From Thermoanaerobaculia bacterium (GTDB lineage Bacteria > Acidobacteriota > Thermoanaerobaculia > Gp7-AA8), in contig JAXDGL010000008.1 in the NCBI GenBank assembly GCA_034665065.1, positions 319,412-383,411 on the forward strand: a stretch of DNA of 64,000 nucleotides, in the 5' to 3' direction. Below the pieces are notes generated by a model that searched no databases, had not been told where the DNA came from, and worked only from the letters and a program-made list of their open reading frames with translations. Shown piece after piece: positions 29,116-38,622 of the stretch. The translations under genes and the position numbers were made by a program. How positions within the stretch are numbered: position 1 is the first letter of the stretch; the number at the start of each line of letters is the position of its first letter.

Positions 29116-29862
29116 TCAGAACGTCGCCCACAGCAGTACGCGCTTGAACGTGTAGAAATACGGCCGGTGCTCACCGAGCTGTTTGACCAGTCGCTCGGTG
29201 TACTGAGCGAGAAACTCTTCGTAGCGTTCGTCTGCGAGCGCTTCGCGATACGGCGTCAATGTCGAGCCCTTCGTCCATTCGACGACATCACGCGTTGACG
29301 GCAGCACGTGGCCGTAGACCTGAAGCCGCACGTGTTGCCGCGCGAAACCGATGTGATGCAGCAGCGAGGCATAGCGCTCGGGTAGCAGCACGTTGACTGT
29401 GCGCGGCTCGATGCCGAACGACGCCGCGAGCTCGGCGGCGATGCGATGCGAAGGATGATCGTGATTCGCAGGCATCTGCACGGCGATCTGTCCATGCGGC
29501 GCGAGAAGAGCGGCGAGCCTTGTGAAGAGACGCACGTGATCGCCGATCCAGTGCAGCGCAGCGTTAGAGAAGACGAGATCGAATGGACGATCAGCGACGA
29601 AGCCCTCGATCTTGCCACGCTGGAAGTGCAGCACTTCGGAGTCGAACGAATTCGATTTCAATAGCATCGTCTCCGAGCTGTCGATCCCGATCGTCTCCTC
29701 GGCGGCGAGATTTTCGTGCAGCGCGCGCGTCAGCTCGCCCGTGCCGCAACCGAGGTCGACGACGCGCATGCGTGGCCGCCGCTCGATCAGCGCGACAAGA
29801 TCGTGAAACGGCAGCGCGCGCTCGTCTTTGAATCGTTCGTATTGCGTTGGATCCCAGCTCAC
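29116..29862 (-). CDS. tam: trans-aconitate 2-methyltransferase
   Basis: VSWDPTQYERFKDERALPFHDL…VVDLGCGTGELT (SAM-binding) …FDLVFSNAALHW. GTG start overlaps the upstream gene stop (GTGA). The remainder of ORF 29116..31026 is an Arg-rich artefact. Confidence 0.8.
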   Translation of the reverse strand: MSWDPTQYERFKDERALPFHDLVALIERRPRMRVVDLGCGTGELTRALHENLAAEETIGIDSSETMLLKSNSFDSEVLHFQRGKIEGFVADRPFDLVFSNAALHWIGDHVRLFTRLAALLAPHGQIAVQMPANHDHPSHRIAAELAASFGIEPRTVNVLLPERYASLLHHIGFARQHVRLQVYGHVLPSTRDVVEWTKGSTLTPYREALADERYEEFLAQYTERLVKQLGEHRPYFYTFKRVLLWATF

Positions 29863-32747
29863 CTCAAGTGATCCCAATTCATGATCGCGTTCGTGACCAG
29901 CGCGTAGCTGCCTTGCGTGTTCTGACGCCACATCGGATTGTTGGCGAAGAGGAGGATGTGGCCTTTGCCGCGCGGACAATCGATGACGAGCGGTTTGCCG
30001 GCGATCTCGTCCCCGCCTTCGAGCATGCCGGACATCAAGAGTTGGTCCGCTTGCTTCGCGAACGACACGATGACGCGCGGCCGATCCTCGGCGCGGATCT
30101 GTGCGTAGTCGGAGTTCCATGGCGCGTCTTCGGGCGTTTGAAATCCTTCCTCGCCTGGCGCCGGCTTCGGACGTTCCGGCATCGGCGTGAAGGTGCGGCC
30201 TTGCGCGATGTCGGGATCGTTCTTGCCGCCGCGCCCACTCGGACGTGACTCCGGTGGTGGCGCATTCTGACCGACCTGGAAAATTGGCGATCCGGCGTAG
30301 TAGACCGGCATCGTGTCGTCGTAGCCGGCGGCGATCGGACTCTTTTTGTCGGTGATCGATGCGAGAAGGATCGTGCCCGGCGCGCGCAGTTTCTGCGGCT
30401 CGATCACGCGGACCCATCGCGCCAGTCCGTACTGCACGGCCCAGACCGACGTGTCGCGCGCGGTGATCAGCAGGCCGCCCTCTTCGACGAAGCGCGTCAG
30501 GTGATCGACGCCGGAGAGGCCGAGGCCGGGACGCATGTCGTCGGTTTCGTCGATGCCGCCGAGGTTTGGCGTGATCTCGGTCTTGTGCCACGGAAGAGGA
30601 GGGCCGGGTGGAAGGCCGTTCACGATCTCTGCGGATGAGTTGGAACCGCCTGTCGGCGCGAAGAGGATGACGTCGAACTTCTCGCGGAGATTCGCCGCCT
30701 TCGCCACTTCCTGCGTCGAGATGTAGGTGAAGGGGATGCCCAGCGATTCGAGTCCGAGGCGGAACCATCCTTCGTCCTGCGTGCGAAGCCAGGTGTGAAG
30801 GATGGCGATGCGGGGAAGGTGGAGCTCGTGCGTCTTCGTTGCGGCGGCGGCCGCTGCGGTCGCGACGACCGAGCCCGCGGCGTACTTCCTTGTTCCCGAT
30901 GTGAATGCCTCGTCCGCGATGAGCCAGCGAGCCTTGGGTGCAGCCCAAACAGCGCGCGCAACGCTGGTGTCCGCGGCGTTTTCGAGAATCAGCGGCGATG
31001 AGCTCTCGGGCGTTGATCCGCTCCACGCATGCATCGGAACTTTGAGCACGTCGGGATTCGCGACGCGTTTGAAGTCGACGTTCTTGAGATAGCCGAGCGT
31101 CCAGCCGGTATCGTCGTACACCTTCTCGTCGCTGCGGACGTATTGAATATCGAGCATCGCGTCGGCGAGGCGCGAGTAGGGCTGATCCATGCGGACGATG
31201 AAGCTGCCCTTTGCGAAGGTGATTGGGGCGTTTGGATCGGGCTTGGGTGCACGTAGGTCGGACTCTCCAGTCCGACTCTTTTCCGGCGTCGCTTCAGAAG
31301 TCTGTCGGACTGGAGAGTCCGACCTACGTTCCGCGGAGGCTTCAGGTTTGGGCGCTGGCGGCGGCCAATTCGCAGCCACACTGAATGGCGCATCAGACTG
31401 CTGTACTTCGACTCCGTGCGTGCGTAGAAGATTCATCAGATCGGTGAGCTGACCTTGTCGTTTCTGCGCGCCGTCGAAGACCCATGCTGCGGGACCTTCG
31501 TTCGCCGCTTTGGCCATCGAGCGCTTGCCGAGCAGGTAGAACTGATCGAGGAAATGCTGACGTCGATCGGCGAAGTCGGAGAGCGCGAGCAGCAGTCCGC
31601 TCTGCTGATAGTTGATGTTGTTGCGCAGCGACCACTTCACGGTGCTGAGGGGCGGATTGGGTCGGAACCAGGCGCGGTCGCTCTGTCCGCGCACGACGCG
31701 GTCGGCCGTGATCGGAAAGCGATTGCCGAACGTCTCGTAGAAACGGCCGATGGCGTTGTGTCCCTGGCCGGCCCACATCATGTAGTTCGGGGCCCAGCCG
31801 TCATAGAAGCCGTACGTCCAGACGCCAGGCAGTCCGCGTTTGGTCAGCTCCTGCACTTCATGCCACGCCATGCGCTGCCACTCATCGATGACGAGCGGAT
31901 CGAGCGATGGGTTGTACGGACCGGTGCCCGTCGAGATGTAGAGAAACGGCACCGACTCGTGAAGATCGTGGATGACCTGCGGGTGGAACTCGAAGAACGT
32001 ATGCAGCACGTTGCGGCTGAGCGCGAGGGCGAGGCCGAGGTTGTCGCGATTGTTGTCGTGGGCAACGTAGTGGCCCCAGTAGACGAGTGGAGGAACGGGA
32101 CGATTCGGATTGGCGTCGCGCCAGCGGGCGAGATCGACCTGACGGTCGCGGCCATCGACTTCGACGACGGGCGTGATGAGGACGATGACGTTGTCGCGGA
32201 TCTTGCGAATCAGCGGCGAGTCTTCGACGGCGAGACGATACGCGAGCTCCATCAGCATCTCGGGGCTGCCAGTTTCCGGCGAGTGAATCGAGCCGGTCAT
32301 GTAGTAGATCGGCTTGCCGGTGGCGATGAGCTTCGATGCGTCGTCATCCGTCAGCGTGCGCGGATCGGCGAGTCGTTTGGTGACGTCACGATAGCGATCG
32401 AGATGCGCGATCGTCTCGTCGGAGGCGACAGCGACGGCGATCATCTCGCGTCCTTCTTCACTCTTGCCGATCGAGAACACTTTCACGCGCGGTGACGCCG
32501 ACTCGAGCGCGCGCATATAGCGGTTCACATCCTGCGAGTAGGTGAGGTGGCCGTCCGCTCCCGCGATGTAGCCGAAGAATTTCAACGGTGTCGGCACGCG
32601 CGACGAAGCCGGCAGGTGATCGACCATCTCGGTCGTGAACTGCGGTCCGGTCGTGAACTGCTTGATCTGCCGCGTGTAGTCGGCGTCGTTCTGTTGCTGC
32701 GCAACGGCCGTTGTGGCGAAGAGAATCGCGAGTGCGAAGCGTTTCAA
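29859..32747 (-). CDS. M14-family zinc carboxypeptidase-like large secreted protein
   Basis: 962 aa. Signal peptide. M14 core context (…YYMTGSIHSPETGSPEM…VYWGHYVAHDNNRDNLGL…HDLHESVPFLYISTG). Confidence 0.8.
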   Translation of the reverse strand: MKRFALAILFATTAVAQQQNDADYTRQIKQFTTGPQFTTEMVDHLPASSRVPTPLKFFGYIAGADGHLTYSQDVNRYMRALESASPRVKVFSIGKSEEGREMIAVAVASDETIAHLDRYRDVTKRLADPRTLTDDDASKLIATGKPIYYMTGSIHSPETGSPEMLMELAYRLAVEDSPLIRKIRDNVIVLITPVVEVDGRDRQVDLARWRDANPNRPVPPLVYWGHYVAHDNNRDNLGLALALSRNVLHTFFEFHPQVIHDLHESVPFLYISTGTGPYNPSLDPLVIDEWQRMAWHEVQELTKRGLPGVWTYGFYDGWAPNYMMWAGQGHNAIGRFYETFGNRFPITADRVVRGQSDRAWFRPNPPLSTVKWSLRNNINYQQSGLLLALSDFADRRQHFLDQFYLLGKRSMAKAANEGPAAWVFDGAQKRQGQLTDLMNLLRTHGVEVQQSDAPFSVAANWPPPAPKPEASAERRSDSPVRQTSEATPEKSRTGESDLRAPKPDPNAPITFAKGSFIVRMDQPYSRLADAMLDIQYVRSDEKVYDDTGWTLGYLKNVDFKRVANPDVLKVPMHAWSGSTPESSSPLILENAADTSVARAVWAAPKARWLIADEAFTSGTRKYAAGSVVATAAAAAATKTHELHLPRIAILHTWLRTQDEGWFRLGLESLGIPFTYISTQEVAKAANLREKFDVILFAPTGGSNSSAEIVNGLPPGPPLPWHKTEITPNLGGIDETDDMRPGLGLSGVDHLTRFVEEGGLLITARDTSVWAVQYGLARWVRVIEPQKLRAPGTILLASITDKKSPIAAGYDDTMPVYYAGSPIFQVGQNAPPPESRPSGRGGKNDPDIAQGRTFTPMPERPKPAPGEEGFQTPEDAPWNSDYAQIRAEDRPRVIVSFAKQADQLLMSGMLEGGDEIAGKPLVIDCPRGKGHILLFANNPMWRQNTQGSYALVTNAIMNWDHLR
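31251..31329. repeat. perfect intragenic palindrome inside the M14 peptidase CDS
   Basis: ACGTAGGTCGGACTCTCCAGTCCGAC …31-nt loop… GTCGGACTGGAGAGTCCGACCTACGT. Translated in-frame as …RRSDSPVRQTSEATPEKSRTGESDLRAP…. Confidence 0.75.
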
Positions 32748-32901
32748 GGAGACTCCTTTTTGCGGCTGCGGGAGTAGCGAAGGGACTGCGGCCGCGGCTT
32801 CGGTGCTGGGGTGCGGTCCGCGACGCGAGACAGAGCTTATCGAGTTACAGCCCGCATCGAAAGGAATCGTTGCCGTCGTCCGAACGCCCGCAGATCATGA
32901 C

Positions 32902-33522
32902 TTACATCAATATGCCATTCCTCACGAAATCTGAGAGATCCTTGATGATCTGCGCAGCGGGCTTTCCGAAGGGCTCGGGGACGTTGAAGAGAATCTCGAT
33001 CGTGAAGTAGTTGAAGAAGACGCGCGAGGTGATCAGGAGAGCGGCAATCGGCGTGACCGACGGGCGAAGGCGTTGCTTGATGGTGCCGAGTGCTTCTTCG
33101 CCGACGAAGGCACCGAAGCGCTGGCCGAGGCCGCCGTAGAACCTGCGGATGTGTGTTCCTTCGAATTCGATGACGTCGACGAAGATCAGTGCGAAGTAGG
33201 GCTTGAACTCGCGGATGGAGTCGCGCGCGGCTAGTCCGAGCTGCTCGATATTGTCGGGAAACTGTCCGATCGATAACGCGCGCGTGTAGGGATAACGCTT
33301 CGTTTCCGTGATGCTCCAGAACTCGTCGAGCAGCGAGCGGAAGATCGACTCTTTGTCGGGGAAGTGATGGTAGACATTCCCGGTAGAGATTCTCGCTTTC
33401 TCGGCGATCTCGCGCACGGTTGTGGCGCGAAATCCCTGATGGGAGAACAACTGCAGCGCGGCGTCGAGCACCTGCCGCCGGCTGCGCTCCGACTTCTCCT
33501 CTCGTTGCATGGGCACCTGCAA
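32902..33522 (-). CDS. TetR-family transcriptional regulator
   Basis: N-terminal HTH RRQVLDAALQLFSHQGFRATTVREIAEKARISTGNVYHHF. Confidence 0.85.
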   Translation of the reverse strand: MQVPMQREEKSERSRRQVLDAALQLFSHQGFRATTVREIAEKARISTGNVYHHFPDKESIFRSLLDEFWSITETKRYPYTRALSIGQFPDNIEQLGLAARDSIREFKPYFALIFVDVIEFEGTHIRRFYGGLGQRFGAFVGEEALGTIKQRLRPSVTPIAALLITSRVFFNYFTIEILFNVPEPFGKPAAQIIKDLSDFVRNGILM

Positions 33523-33620
33523 TGATGACTGTCCGCGCGAAGGATAGGTTCAAAACGATGGCGCGCGTTAGTCCATCGCATTAATAGACGGACGCGTTGT
33601 TGGGTTTTCACACATCCAAA

Positions 33621-33804
33621 CTGTCATCCTGAGTCGCCGAAGGACACGAAGTGCCGGAGGACGATCGAAGGACCCCCTGCTTCGCCGCGACGGTCTTGTT
33701 GCGTCGCGTTTAGAGCAATTGGGGGGTCCTTCGACCGACCTTCGCCGCGATGCCTGCCGGTGCATGAGCAGAGTGGAGGCGCGGCTCGGCTGCTCAGGAT
33801 GACA
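33621..33804. repeat. MITE-like palindromic element, family B copy 2
   Basis: CTGTCATCCTGAGTCGCCG…GATCGAAGGACCCCC…GGGGGGTCCTTCGACC…GCTCAGGATGACAG. Collinear with the copy at 25557-25748. Confidence 0.8.
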
Positions 33805-33869
33805 GTGTCGAATGGCCGCGCTCTTGGTGGAACACCTCGCCTCTCCCTCCCTGTTCTAAACTCCGACTC

Positions 33870-36002
33870 ATGTCCATTCACGCGCGTGTCGACGCGCTCC
33901 TCGGGCGGCTCGCTTCCACGCCGCAGTTTCCCACGCAGGGTCAGACGATTTTCGTCGACCTCGAGCGTCAGGAAGTGCGGCGCGCCTACATCCCCCTCCG
34001 CGTCGTCGAATCGCTCCTCGGCGGTCGCGGCGTGAACATGTACCTCCTCCACAACCTGCTCGATGAGACGCTCGATCCGATTCATCCTCACATTCCGCTG
34101 ATCTTCGGCACCGGCATCCTGACCTCGATGGTGCCGTCGGCGTCGCGCGGCAATGTGACGTCGTGGTCTCCTGAGTCGCGCGTCCTGATGGATTCGAACG
34201 CCGGCGATTACTTCCCGTCGTTCATGAAGCTCAATGCGATCGATCACCTCGTGCTCTACGGCAAAGCTGCGAAGTGGACGCTGCTTCATTTCGAGGGGAA
34301 CGAGCCGAAGTTCATCGACGCCGCGCCGTGGGTCGGTCTCGACAACATCGATCTTCGCGAACGGATCGCCGCAGATTTTCACGGGGTCGAAGGGAAGGAC
34401 TACGGACTCGCTGCGATCACGACCGCGGGCGAGAATCTCGTCCTCTGCTCCGGCATCATGGCCGGTCCGAAAGCCATCTACGCGCGCGGCGGTCCGGGCG
34501 CAAAGATGGGCGGACTGAATCTAAAAGCAGTTTTGATTCAGGGGCGTGCCGCCGATCTCACCACCGCGCGTCCGCACAAACTGCGCAATCGCGACGTCGC
34601 GCTCAAGCTCCTCTCGACATCCGTCGTCAAGAACGCGCTGAAGAAACGCGGTACGCCATTCCTCTACAAACCCTCGCGCATGCTCGGCGCGATGGGAACG
34701 AAGAACAACCAGGAGACGACGTGGACCGATAAGCTCGACGCCGAGAACATCGACCCGTACCGTCCCGGGATGGAGGGTTGCTTCGCCTGTCCGGTGAATT
34801 GCCGTCCGCTGAATGACATGAGTGGGGGTGGGGAGTGGGGAGTGGGGAGTGGGGAGTCTTCTGTGCGGGAGTCGGGAGTCGGGAGTCGGGAGTCGGAGAG
34901 AGAAACCTTCGTCCACTCAGTGCGTGAACAGAAAGCAGAACTAGAGAGCGGAGAGCGTGAGAATGTTGACGCGCTGCATTCCGCTCCGACCCTCGACTCC
35001 CGAAAACCGACTCCCGCGCCAGACAAATACATCAAAGGCGACGGCCCCGAGTACGTCACGCTCGGCAAGTTCGGACCGAACATCGGCATCAGCGAAGTCA
35101 CGCAGGTTCTTCGTCTCAACAACATCTGTAACGACCTCGGGCTCGATACCGCGTCCGCTGGATCTGCGATCGCATGGGCGATGGAGCTGTATCAGCGTGG
35201 CATCATCACAATCGAGCAGACGAAGCTCGATTTGACGTGGGGCAACTACGACGTGATCGAGCAGTTGTTGTTCATGATCGCGAAACGCGAGGGGATCGGT
35301 GACGCCATCGCTGATTCGTCGCAGGCCGTGGCCAACGGCAAGTATCCCGCTGAAGCGCTCGACTATCTGATGGCGGTGAAAGGACTGACACAGAGCGATC
35401 CTCACGACGCGCGCATTCTCAAGGCGTTCGCGCTCGGACTCGCCGTTGCCACGCGCGGGATGGATCATCTTCGCAACCGCGTCACGCTGGAGATCAACGC
35501 CAAAATCAACGACTCGCCGGATTTCAAAGCGGAGTTGTATGGCGGCGCCGTGTCCGCGGAGCCGAACAGCTACGAAGGCAAAGAGATCGCTGTCCGCCGC
35601 TGCGAGAACATCTACGCGGTCGGCGATTCGGTGGGCATGTGCCGATTCACGACGAAGCTCTTCAACTCGCCGTCGTTGCCGGGCTATCCGGAGTTCGTCG
35701 ATCAGGTGGCGAACGTCACCGGCATCGAGCTGACGAACGAACAGATCGACCACATCGGATTAAACGTCATGGGCGTCGAGCGTCTCATCAATCAGAAGAT
35801 CGGCGTGACGCGCGCGGATGACACGCTGCCGAAACGCTGGTTCGAAGAAGCAATCGGGGTCGGTCCGTACAAGGGCGAGAAAATCGATCGCGGCGAGTTC
35901 GACAAGATGCTCTCGCGCTTTTACGAGATCTCGAACCTGACCGCGGAAGGCCTGCCGAAGCCGGAATGGCGCGAAGAGCTCGAAGAGGTTCTGGCGTCAT
36001 GA
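33870..36002 (+). CDS. aor: aldehyde:ferredoxin oxidoreductase (tungsten/molybdopterin AOR family) with ~70-aa in-frame repeat-derived insertion
   Basis: AOR N-terminal domain. 4Fe-4S Cys motif GCFACPVNC. AOR-like C-terminal domain. 710 aa, versus ~600-aa AORs recalled from memory. Confidence 0.85.
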   Translation: MSIHARVDALLGRLASTPQFPTQGQTIFVDLERQEVRRAYIPLRVVESLLGGRGVNMYLLHNLLDETLDPIHPHIPLIFGTGILTSMVPSASRGNVTSWSPESRVLMDSNAGDYFPSFMKLNAIDHLVLYGKAAKWTLLHFEGNEPKFIDAAPWVGLDNIDLRERIAADFHGVEGKDYGLAAITTAGENLVLCSGIMAGPKAIYARGGPGAKMGGLNLKAVLIQGRAADLTTARPHKLRNRDVALKLLSTSVVKNALKKRGTPFLYKPSRMLGAMGTKNNQETTWTDKLDAENIDPYRPGMEGCFACPVNCRPLNDMSGGGEWGVGSGESSVRESGVGSRESERETFVHSVREQKAELESGERENVDALHSAPTLDSRKPTPAPDKYIKGDGPEYVTLGKFGPNIGISEVTQVLRLNNICNDLGLDTASAGSAIAWAMELYQRGIITIEQTKLDLTWGNYDVIEQLLFMIAKREGIGDAIADSSQAVANGKYPAEALDYLMAVKGLTQSDPHDARILKAFALGLAVATRGMDHLRNRVTLEINAKINDSPDFKAELYGGAVSAEPNSYEGKEIAVRRCENIYAVGDSVGMCRFTTKLFNSPSLPGYPEFVDQVANVTGIELTNEQIDHIGLNVMGVERLINQKIGVTRADDTLPKRWFEEAIGVGPYKGEKIDRGEFDKMLSRFYEISNLTAEGLPKPEWREELEEVLAS
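34822..35028. repeat. intragenic heptamer-array palindromic element (GGGGAGT / CGGGAGT arrays)
   Basis: GGGGAGT x4, CGGGAGT x3, then inverted CTCCGACCCTCGACTCCCGAAAACCGACTCCCGCG. Translated as MSGGGEWGVGSGESSVRESGVGSRESERETFVHSVREQKAELESGERENVDALHSAPTLDSRKPTPAP inside the AOR. Confidence 0.75.
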
Positions 36003-36226
36003 TCACTGTCCGACTGCCGGAGCCGCTTCGCGAAGGCCGCAGCGAAGTGATGACGATGAATGCCGCATCCATCGACGAGATCATCGCCCGGCTCGATCTT
36101 GCCGGCGACCGCGATGAGCTCTTCAACTTTGCCGTGAATGGCGAGCTGATTCTGCACGGCGAGAAAAACGTCGTGCTGAAGAACGGTGACGAAGTGGAGA
36201 TCGTCGTTGCCTTCGCAGGCGGGTAA
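35999..36226 (+). CDS. moaD: MoaD/ThiS-family sulfur-carrier protein
   Basis: 75 aa ending …VVAFAGG (C-terminal Gly-Gly). Start overlaps the AOR stop (ATGA). Confidence 0.75.
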   Translation: MITVRLPEPLREGRSEVMTMNAASIDEIIARLDLAGDRDELFNFAVNGELILHGEKNVVLKNGDEVEIVVAFAGG

Positions 36227-36237
36227 CCTCGCTCCGC

Positions 36238-36270
36238 GCCCTCCGCGTCTCCGCGTGAAACGGTTTTGGC
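36238..36270. repeat. family C repeat copy
   Basis: CCCTCCGCGTCTCCGCGTGAAACGGTTTTGG. Confidence 0.7.
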
Positions 36271-36304
36271 CTGAACCGCCTCGCCCCAGATAAACTTCAC
36301 AGCG

Positions 36305-37561
36305 ATGACCACCTTCCAGACTCCACGCGACGGCGAGCGGATGATCGCGGTCGAAGAGGCGCAGGAGCGCGTGCTCGCGGAAGTGGAGACGCTGAGCGTT
36401 GATGACGTGGCGTTCATCGACGCTCATGGCCGCGTGCTCCGCGAAGATGTTCACGCCACGTACGACATTCCGCAGAAGGACAACACGGCAATGGATGGCT
36501 ACGCGGTGCGCGCGGACGACATCGCGGCGGCGACGGCCGACGCGCCGGTGTCGCTCAAAGTCATCGAAGATCTCCCCGCAGGAACTGTGGCCACGCAAAT
36601 CGTCAAACCGGGCACCGCCATTCGCATCATGACCGGCGCGCTGATGCCTGACGGCGCCGACACGGTCGCGCACGTCGAGATCACCGATGCAGGCAGCGAT
36701 GTCGTCCGAGTCTTTCGTCCGATGCGGCGTGGCGTGAACATCCGCAAGCGCGGCGAGGACATGCACACCGGCGATGTCGTGCTGTGCGACGGCACGCCGA
36801 TCCACGCAGCGGAAGTCGGCGTCCTGGCGAGCGTGCAGAGGGCGAGTGTGCGCGTGGGGCGTCGTCCGACCGTAGCGATTCTTTCGACGGGCGACGAGAT
36901 CATCGACATCGGCGACGCCGTCACTCCGGGCAAAGTCGTGAATTCGAACTCGTACTCGCTCGCGGCGCTGGCGCGGGAGGCGGGCGCGATTCCCCGAATG
37001 ATCGGCATCGTGCGCGACACGCGCGAGGCCACCATCGCCGCCATCGAGTCGGCGCTCGAATCGGATTTCATCATCTCGTCGGGCGGCGTTTCCGTCGGTG
37101 CCTACGACTTCGTGAAAGACGCGCTCGACGCACTCGGCGCCGAGACGAAGTTCTGGCAGGTGGCGATGAAGCCCGGCAAGCCGGTCGTGCTCTCGCGGCT
37201 TCGCGGCCGGCTCTACTTCGGCCTGCCCGGAAATCCGGTCTCCTGCATGGTCTCCTTTCTTTTGTTCATCGCGCCGGCGATTCGGAAGGCGATGGGGCAG
37301 AAGGAGAATCTGCTTCCGCCGATTGTGCGGACGCGCGTGCTGGCATCGCTGAAATCGCGCGGCGACCGGCGCAACTACATGCGCGTACGCGTCGCCGCGC
37401 GTGACGGCGAGCTCGTCGCGCAGCCGATGACGTCACAAGGCTCCGGCGTCTCGACATCGATGGTGCAGGCAAACGGCCTCGTGATCGTGGAGACCGGGGT
37501 CACCGCAATCGAGGCCGGAACGCTCGTGCCGACGGTGCTGGTCGGACCGGTACAGTCGTAG
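36305..37561 (+). CDS. moeA: molybdopterin molybdotransferase MoeA
   Basis: MoeA N-terminal, MPT-binding (GD…ILSTGDEI…SGGVSVGAYD) and C-terminal domains. Start may be the internal Met at 36341. Confidence 0.85.
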   Translation: MTTFQTPRDGERMIAVEEAQERVLAEVETLSVDDVAFIDAHGRVLREDVHATYDIPQKDNTAMDGYAVRADDIAAATADAPVSLKVIEDLPAGTVATQIVKPGTAIRIMTGALMPDGADTVAHVEITDAGSDVVRVFRPMRRGVNIRKRGEDMHTGDVVLCDGTPIHAAEVGVLASVQRASVRVGRRPTVAILSTGDEIIDIGDAVTPGKVVNSNSYSLAALAREAGAIPRMIGIVRDTREATIAAIESALESDFIISSGGVSVGAYDFVKDALDALGAETKFWQVAMKPGKPVVLSRLRGRLYFGLPGNPVSCMVSFLLFIAPAIRKAMGQKENLLPPIVRTRVLASLKSRGDRRNYMRVRVAARDGELVAQPMTSQGSGVSTSMVQANGLVIVETGVTAIEAGTLVPTVLVGPVQS

Positions 37562-37714
37562 GATCCCGCGATAACGGGCAACTTCGACGATCACGTTTGG
37601 GAGCTCTCGATCACGACAGCACTCGCATAGACAGCACTCCCTGTATGGCTGCGAACTGAAGGCTACGCTGATCGGGTGTGGCGTTTTTTTTGAGAAAACA
37701 GCGTGGAGCGATTA

Positions 37715-38128
37715 TCAATCGCGGCGATTAGCGAAAAGCGCGGGTGCGACCACCCACGCGATCAGCAGCACGCAACGCAATCCTCCGTGATCGGGCGAGC
37801 CGAGGAGCGCGAACCATTGATGCCCGGAGCTCATTCTCATGATGATCTCTGTGGCGATCCCGAACAGGAGCCATGCTGTCCCCGTAAGAAGGGCGTGATC
37901 GAGTGTGGCCTCGTGTGTGGCAAATCGAATGTACGTTGCTGCGGCTGCAACGATCGCAAGTACCTCGAGGACGACGCATGCCACCGGCATGGTCGCGCTC
38001 GTCGACTGGTGGATGCTGGCGACCAGCACTGCTGCGATGATCCAGAATACGAATACGAGCACCGCCCTCAGTGCCGCATTCAGTTTTCGCGGTGTAACGC
38101 GCGCCTCCGAGCGAGTCAAGGTCGTCAT
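37715..38128 (-). CDS. membrane protein (hypothetical)
   Basis: Internal Met start MTTLTRSE… gives ~137 aa with 3-4 TM helices. The ORF-track N-terminal extension runs through the island inverted repeat and is unlikely. Confidence 0.5.
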   Translation of the reverse strand: MTTLTRSEARVTPRKLNAALRAVLVFVFWIIAAVLVASIHQSTSATMPVACVVLEVLAIVAAAATYIRFATHEATLDHALLTGTAWLLFGIATEIIMRMSSGHQWFALLGSPDHGGLRCVLLIAWVVAPALFANRRD

Positions 38129-38240
38129 ACCGGCCTCCTGACGTACGCAACAGAAGGCGTACCGGGGCCTCGTAAGGAAGTGCGAAGCAGGGTACGGATA
38201 ACTCGTTAAGAGTGGGTTAAGAGTTTCGAAAGGGGCGCGC

Positions 38241-38334
38241 GTCCGCAGATTACGCAGATGTTCGCAGATGAAGATTGATTCCAATCTGCGTCAATCTGGG
38301 TAGTGGTCTAGTTTGACCGAAGGTTTGTAACATG
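38241..38334. repeat. left terminal inverted repeat of the 5.9-kb lower-GC island
   Basis: CCGCAGATTACGCAGATGTTCGCAGATGA…CTGGGTAGTGGTCTAGTTTGAccgaaggtTTGTAACATG. The reverse-complement partner lies at 44038-44176. Confidence 0.7.
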
Positions 38335-38622
38335 TTTGCGGGTACGCCATCACTACCTCAATTCACGGGAAAGCTCTTCGTTCGCGAGTCTGACGAACGT
38401 CTCGACTACGACACTCCGCAGTTGATCCGCGACGCGCTGCACGATCTGGCCTTCGATGTCGTGGTAGAGCCCCTGCTGTTCTTCGTCATCGCCCCGGCCA
38501 GTTCATGATTCCGGTTTCAGAGCAGGCGTCAGTCATCGCTCCAACATTTGCCGAAAGACGAAACCATTCGTCCGCGAATCTCTCGCCGTGCTCGCGCGTG
38601 ATCACATCGACGATATCCAAGC

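Noticed and set aside
29868-31026. N-terminal 390 aa of ORF 29116..31026
   Set aside because: Only the C-terminal ~248 aa are Tam methyltransferase. The upstream part is Arg-rich and overlaps the M14 peptidase gene in another frame.
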